Shown here in pieces: positions 51,946-54,288 of a stretch of DNA of 54,288 nt. The position numbers and the translations under genes were made by a program. Below the pieces are notes generated by a model that made no database searches, had not been told where the DNA came from, and worked only from the letters and a program-made list of their open reading frames with translations. Each line of letters begins with the position of its first letter. The stretch's first letter is position 1. Source of the stretch: a virus (taxonomy: Duplodnaviria; Heunggongvirae; Uroviricota; Caudoviricetes); IMG/VR virus record IMGVR_UViG_2585427966_000002; one strand, 5' to 3'.

Positions 51946-52000
51946 GGTGGCAAAAATGGGGCAAAACGCTGCAAAAGGGGCAAAAAAGGGGCAAAAAAAG
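51946..52000. repeat. Five short direct repeats with GCAAAA(A) core at 9-11-bp spacing
   Basis: ggtggcaaaaa tggggcaaaa cgctgcaaaa ggggcaaaaaa ggggcaaaaaaa read directly; about 100 bp on the phage side of the ttcA junction. Confidence 0.55.
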
Positions 52001-52096
52001 AGTGGATTATCGTAGCTTATTGTTGTCGCTGATGATATCTAACACATTGAAAAATAAGTAAAATACTTATGAGTCAGAGAGTTGTGATTTTTGCCC

Positions 52097-52150
52097 TTAC
52101 TTGTTCAGGTTGTATTGTTCTTTCTTTGTAATTTGTTGATTTTCTTGCAT
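52097..52150 (-). pseudogene. ttcC: ttcA 5' fragment (17 codons MQENQQITKKEQYNLNK then stop), attachment-site junction
   Basis: My minus-strand translation matches the N-terminus of TtcA as I recall it and then stops; marks the attR crossover region. Confidence 0.55.
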
Positions 52151-52201
52151 TATTTCAGTTCTCTGGTACTAAGTGGGGCATATTGAGGGCAAACTTTGCA
52201 A

Positions 52202-52420
52202 CTACGATAACCGCGCATTCAACATGGCTACCTGTTCGTCGTTCATGTCATCAATCCACATACCGTAAATTTCATACACCATCTGCGCAGTTTCATGCCC
52301 CATCTGGCTGGCTATAAATGCCGGGTTCGCTCCTGCCGTCAACAGCCAGCAGGCAAAAGTATGTCGCGTATGGTACGGATTACGGCGGCGAATACCAGCA
52401 CGTTTTACTGCTGCATTCCA
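52202..52420. repeat. Right copy of the ~219-bp direct repeat (integrase 3' end)
   Basis: Near-identical to 1-219; homology continues with more divergence to about 52470. Confidence 0.8.
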
Positions 52421-52470
52421 TCTCGCTCCCAAATAGTCGTAGTGAAATCTGATGGGAAAGCCTTGCTTAG
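52202..52470 (-). pseudogene. Integrase 3' fragment (last ~80 codons) from a second, decayed Rac-like element
   Basis: Track ORF 52202-52510 translates to ...GARWNAAVKRAGIRRRNPYHTRHTFACWLL...NARLS, almost identical to the IntR C-terminus; upstream part diverges and lacks the N-terminal 300+ codons. Confidence 0.7.
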
Positions 52471-52501
52471 CATGCTGGTGTTGCGCTACCCGTACAGGAT
52501 G

Positions 52502-52690
52502 CGGTAACACAGGAAGAAATTAGAACAGAAACTGTGGCGGACATTGTGCATTCGTTGCCAGGCGGAGAAATAGAACGCTACAACAAGTGCAGAATATAAT
52601 TTTTCGCAAGTGCCAGAATAGCGATATTATGCAGTGTTTTTTAGTTTTCTATCAGGGGATATTTTGTGAAACTTTTCGGTGAATAAAATA
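52502..52690 (+). pseudogene. Fused fragments homologous to ydaW (about 11083-11137) and to the 3' end of the 145-aa ORF (about 11640-11765)
   Basis: By-eye alignment: acaggaagaAattaGaacagaaactgtggcggacattgtgcaTtcgttgcca versus the ydaW sequence; second part about 70% identical to the 11640-11765 region. Confidence 0.5.
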
Positions 52691-53218
52691 ATTCTCTGTA
52701 ATAAATGATGGGTATGGTTGGTGGTTATATTTGCGCATGGAAATATTACATTGGATATGAATGTATTTCAAATGAAAGAACCATGACACCCGAATGGAGT
52801 TAGGGATTCATTACGTATCTAATCTAAAGAATAAGAAAAATACTTAATTCATTGTGGGTGGTGATGATATCTTGATATGTAAAAATGGTTCTCTTAATAA
52901 GATGTAACTAGCTTATTACTTATCCATAGCACAAGAAATGGTCCTGTATCTGCGTTGCCATGAAATAAGATAGGCCTAAATGTAATAAAGAGTTGCATGA
53001 CAAAATTACTAAAGTTCACAATAAAAAAGAATTAAGTTTTTTGTTCAAGTATTTTTTTAGTGTATTGTTTTGAAATGTTCTACGCTGCTCTAACCTTCAG
53101 TCTGAAGAGGGCTTGAATCGTGATGTCAGTTCGATTGACATAATGTTATTAATAATGTTTACGTTTGAATGTGAAATATGCTTAACTATGCCTTGATTGT
53201 TAATCACAGGGACTGACT

Positions 53219-53398
53219 ATGAGAAAAATACTGATGTATTTATGTATTAGCATATGGATTGTTATATCATGCGTGCCTATCATATTAACTAGCGAGTATT
53301 TAACAGAGGCGAGTATAATGGCATTGATGTTTGGTCATGCCAATGCACTATGTATTGGGGTTTTTATTTCTATTATTTATATAGAATGCTGGAGGTAA
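53219..53398 (+). CDS. Hypothetical small membrane protein (59 aa)
   Basis: My reading (MRKILMYLCISIWIVISCVPIIL...); AT-rich region; weak RBS. Confidence 0.25.
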   Translation: MRKILMYLCISIWIVISCVPIILTSEYLTEASIMALMFGHANALCIGVFISIIYIECWR

Positions 53399-53786
53399 AT
53401 AGTGTGAACAGCATTAGTTTGATGATTTTATACTGAACTAAAGGGGGAAAGAGGTAACGAAAAAAGACCTCCACCAGGTACGAATCTGAGGCGGGCAGAT
53501 GGAGGTCGATATCTACACGATTAAATTGATAAGTAAAAGTCCCATCAGGGATTGATTTGTTCGAGTCTAATTTAAAGTAATTTCAACGATTTGGCAGAAT
53601 TTCTTAGAGTTAATGATTTTCAAGTTTTCGATTACCAGGAAAAAGGCTGGGTGCTGATAAAATAGTCATCTGCATTCCTTAAATTGTGTAAGGGTGAAAG
53701 GATAAAGTTCAATTTAAAGGCGGTGCAATATTAGCACCATCTTATATATGTAATGATTGATTTGCCTCTTTATTCTACTGTTGAGA

Positions 53787-54288
53787 TTATTGTTTCCGAA
53801 AATTGATTATTATAAGCGCGAAAAGAAATGCTACAGCAAATAAGAGGACGATTGTCGGCGCTGGGGCTCTATCGAGAAAATATAATAACCATACACCTGA
53901 TATTGTTATTGATATCGTTACGGCGATAAGTAATGCCTTATGAAAGCGATGCGTGATGAGGACAGCAATAGACCCTGGAGCTATTAATAGTATATAGACA
54001 GAATAATTTCGACTGCTTTTAATGTGGCAAAAATGGTAGGCGATACCATGCAGAGTAAACCGTAATGTAATAATGATATCTGTAATCCGCTGACTTGTGC
54101 CTGTTGATAGTCAAGACAAAAATTCCTGAAAAAACGATACCTATAATGGTATCTTTCTTTATGATGCTATTATCTTTCAGATAGCCAGTTGCAATTGCAC
54201 AAGACAGTCCTACAATAAATGCACCAATTCCCAGCGGCATACCTATAATCCAGGCTAGAACTATGCCAGGAAACATTGCGTGGTTCAT
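53787..54288 (-). pseudogene. Membrane protein gene interrupted by an in-frame TAA (at 54019-54021); start at or beyond the window end
   Basis: Track ORF 54019-54288 (89 aa, hydrophobic) continues in the same frame after one stop codon for about 77 more hydrophobic codons to 53787. Confidence 0.4.

Noticed and set aside
51946-52000. Possible CRISPR array or iteron-based replication origin at the GCAAAA repeats
   Set aside because: Units are about 9-11 bp with no spacers and no cas genes nearby; too short for CRISPR; att-arm binding sites are more likely.
1-54288. IS element or transposase insertion (for example in lom)
   Set aside because: No transposase-like ORF or terminal inverted repeats seen; lom is a single uninterrupted 199-aa ORF.

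Overview
The window is almost entirely one lambdoid prophage that I recognise, from memory and without any database search, as a full-length Rac-type prophage of Escherichia coli. It runs from the integrase stop at position 1 to an attR junction near 52.1 kb, where a 17-codon ttcA 5' fragment sits. Left to right: intR/xisR, ydaC, ralR, recT/recE, racC, ydaE, kilR, sieB, the racR/ydaS/ydaT switch, ydaU/ydaV/ydaW replication genes, a low-GC cargo cassette, nin-region genes and a Q-like antiterminator, two TolA-C-terminal-like lipoprotein genes, holin/SAR-endolysin/Rz/Rz1, trkG, a ParB-like and glycosyltransferase-like pair, terminase/portal/head genes, a tail module that becomes lambda-like at L/K/I/J/lom, side tail fibre genes, pinR and ynaE. 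Immediately beyond attR is a decayed second copy of the prophage left end (integrase 3' fragment repeating positions 1-219, then ydaW-like fragments), followed by AT-rich DNA with a stop-interrupted membrane-protein gene. The best candidate for an undescribed system is the cargo cassette at 12.8-16.4 kb: a C5-cytosine methyltransferase converging on a translationally coupled pair made of a GHKL (MutL/MORC-like) ATPase and a 329-aa protein with no recognisable motifs. Other leads are the TolA-like lipoproteins, the ParB-like/GT-like pair, a programmed -1 frameshift in the tail chaperone gene, and a tail-fibre module swap that left a tfa remnant beside pinR. Coordinates where I moved a start away from the ORF track are my own reading and may be off by a few bases; no tRNA, CRISPR array or IS element was found.
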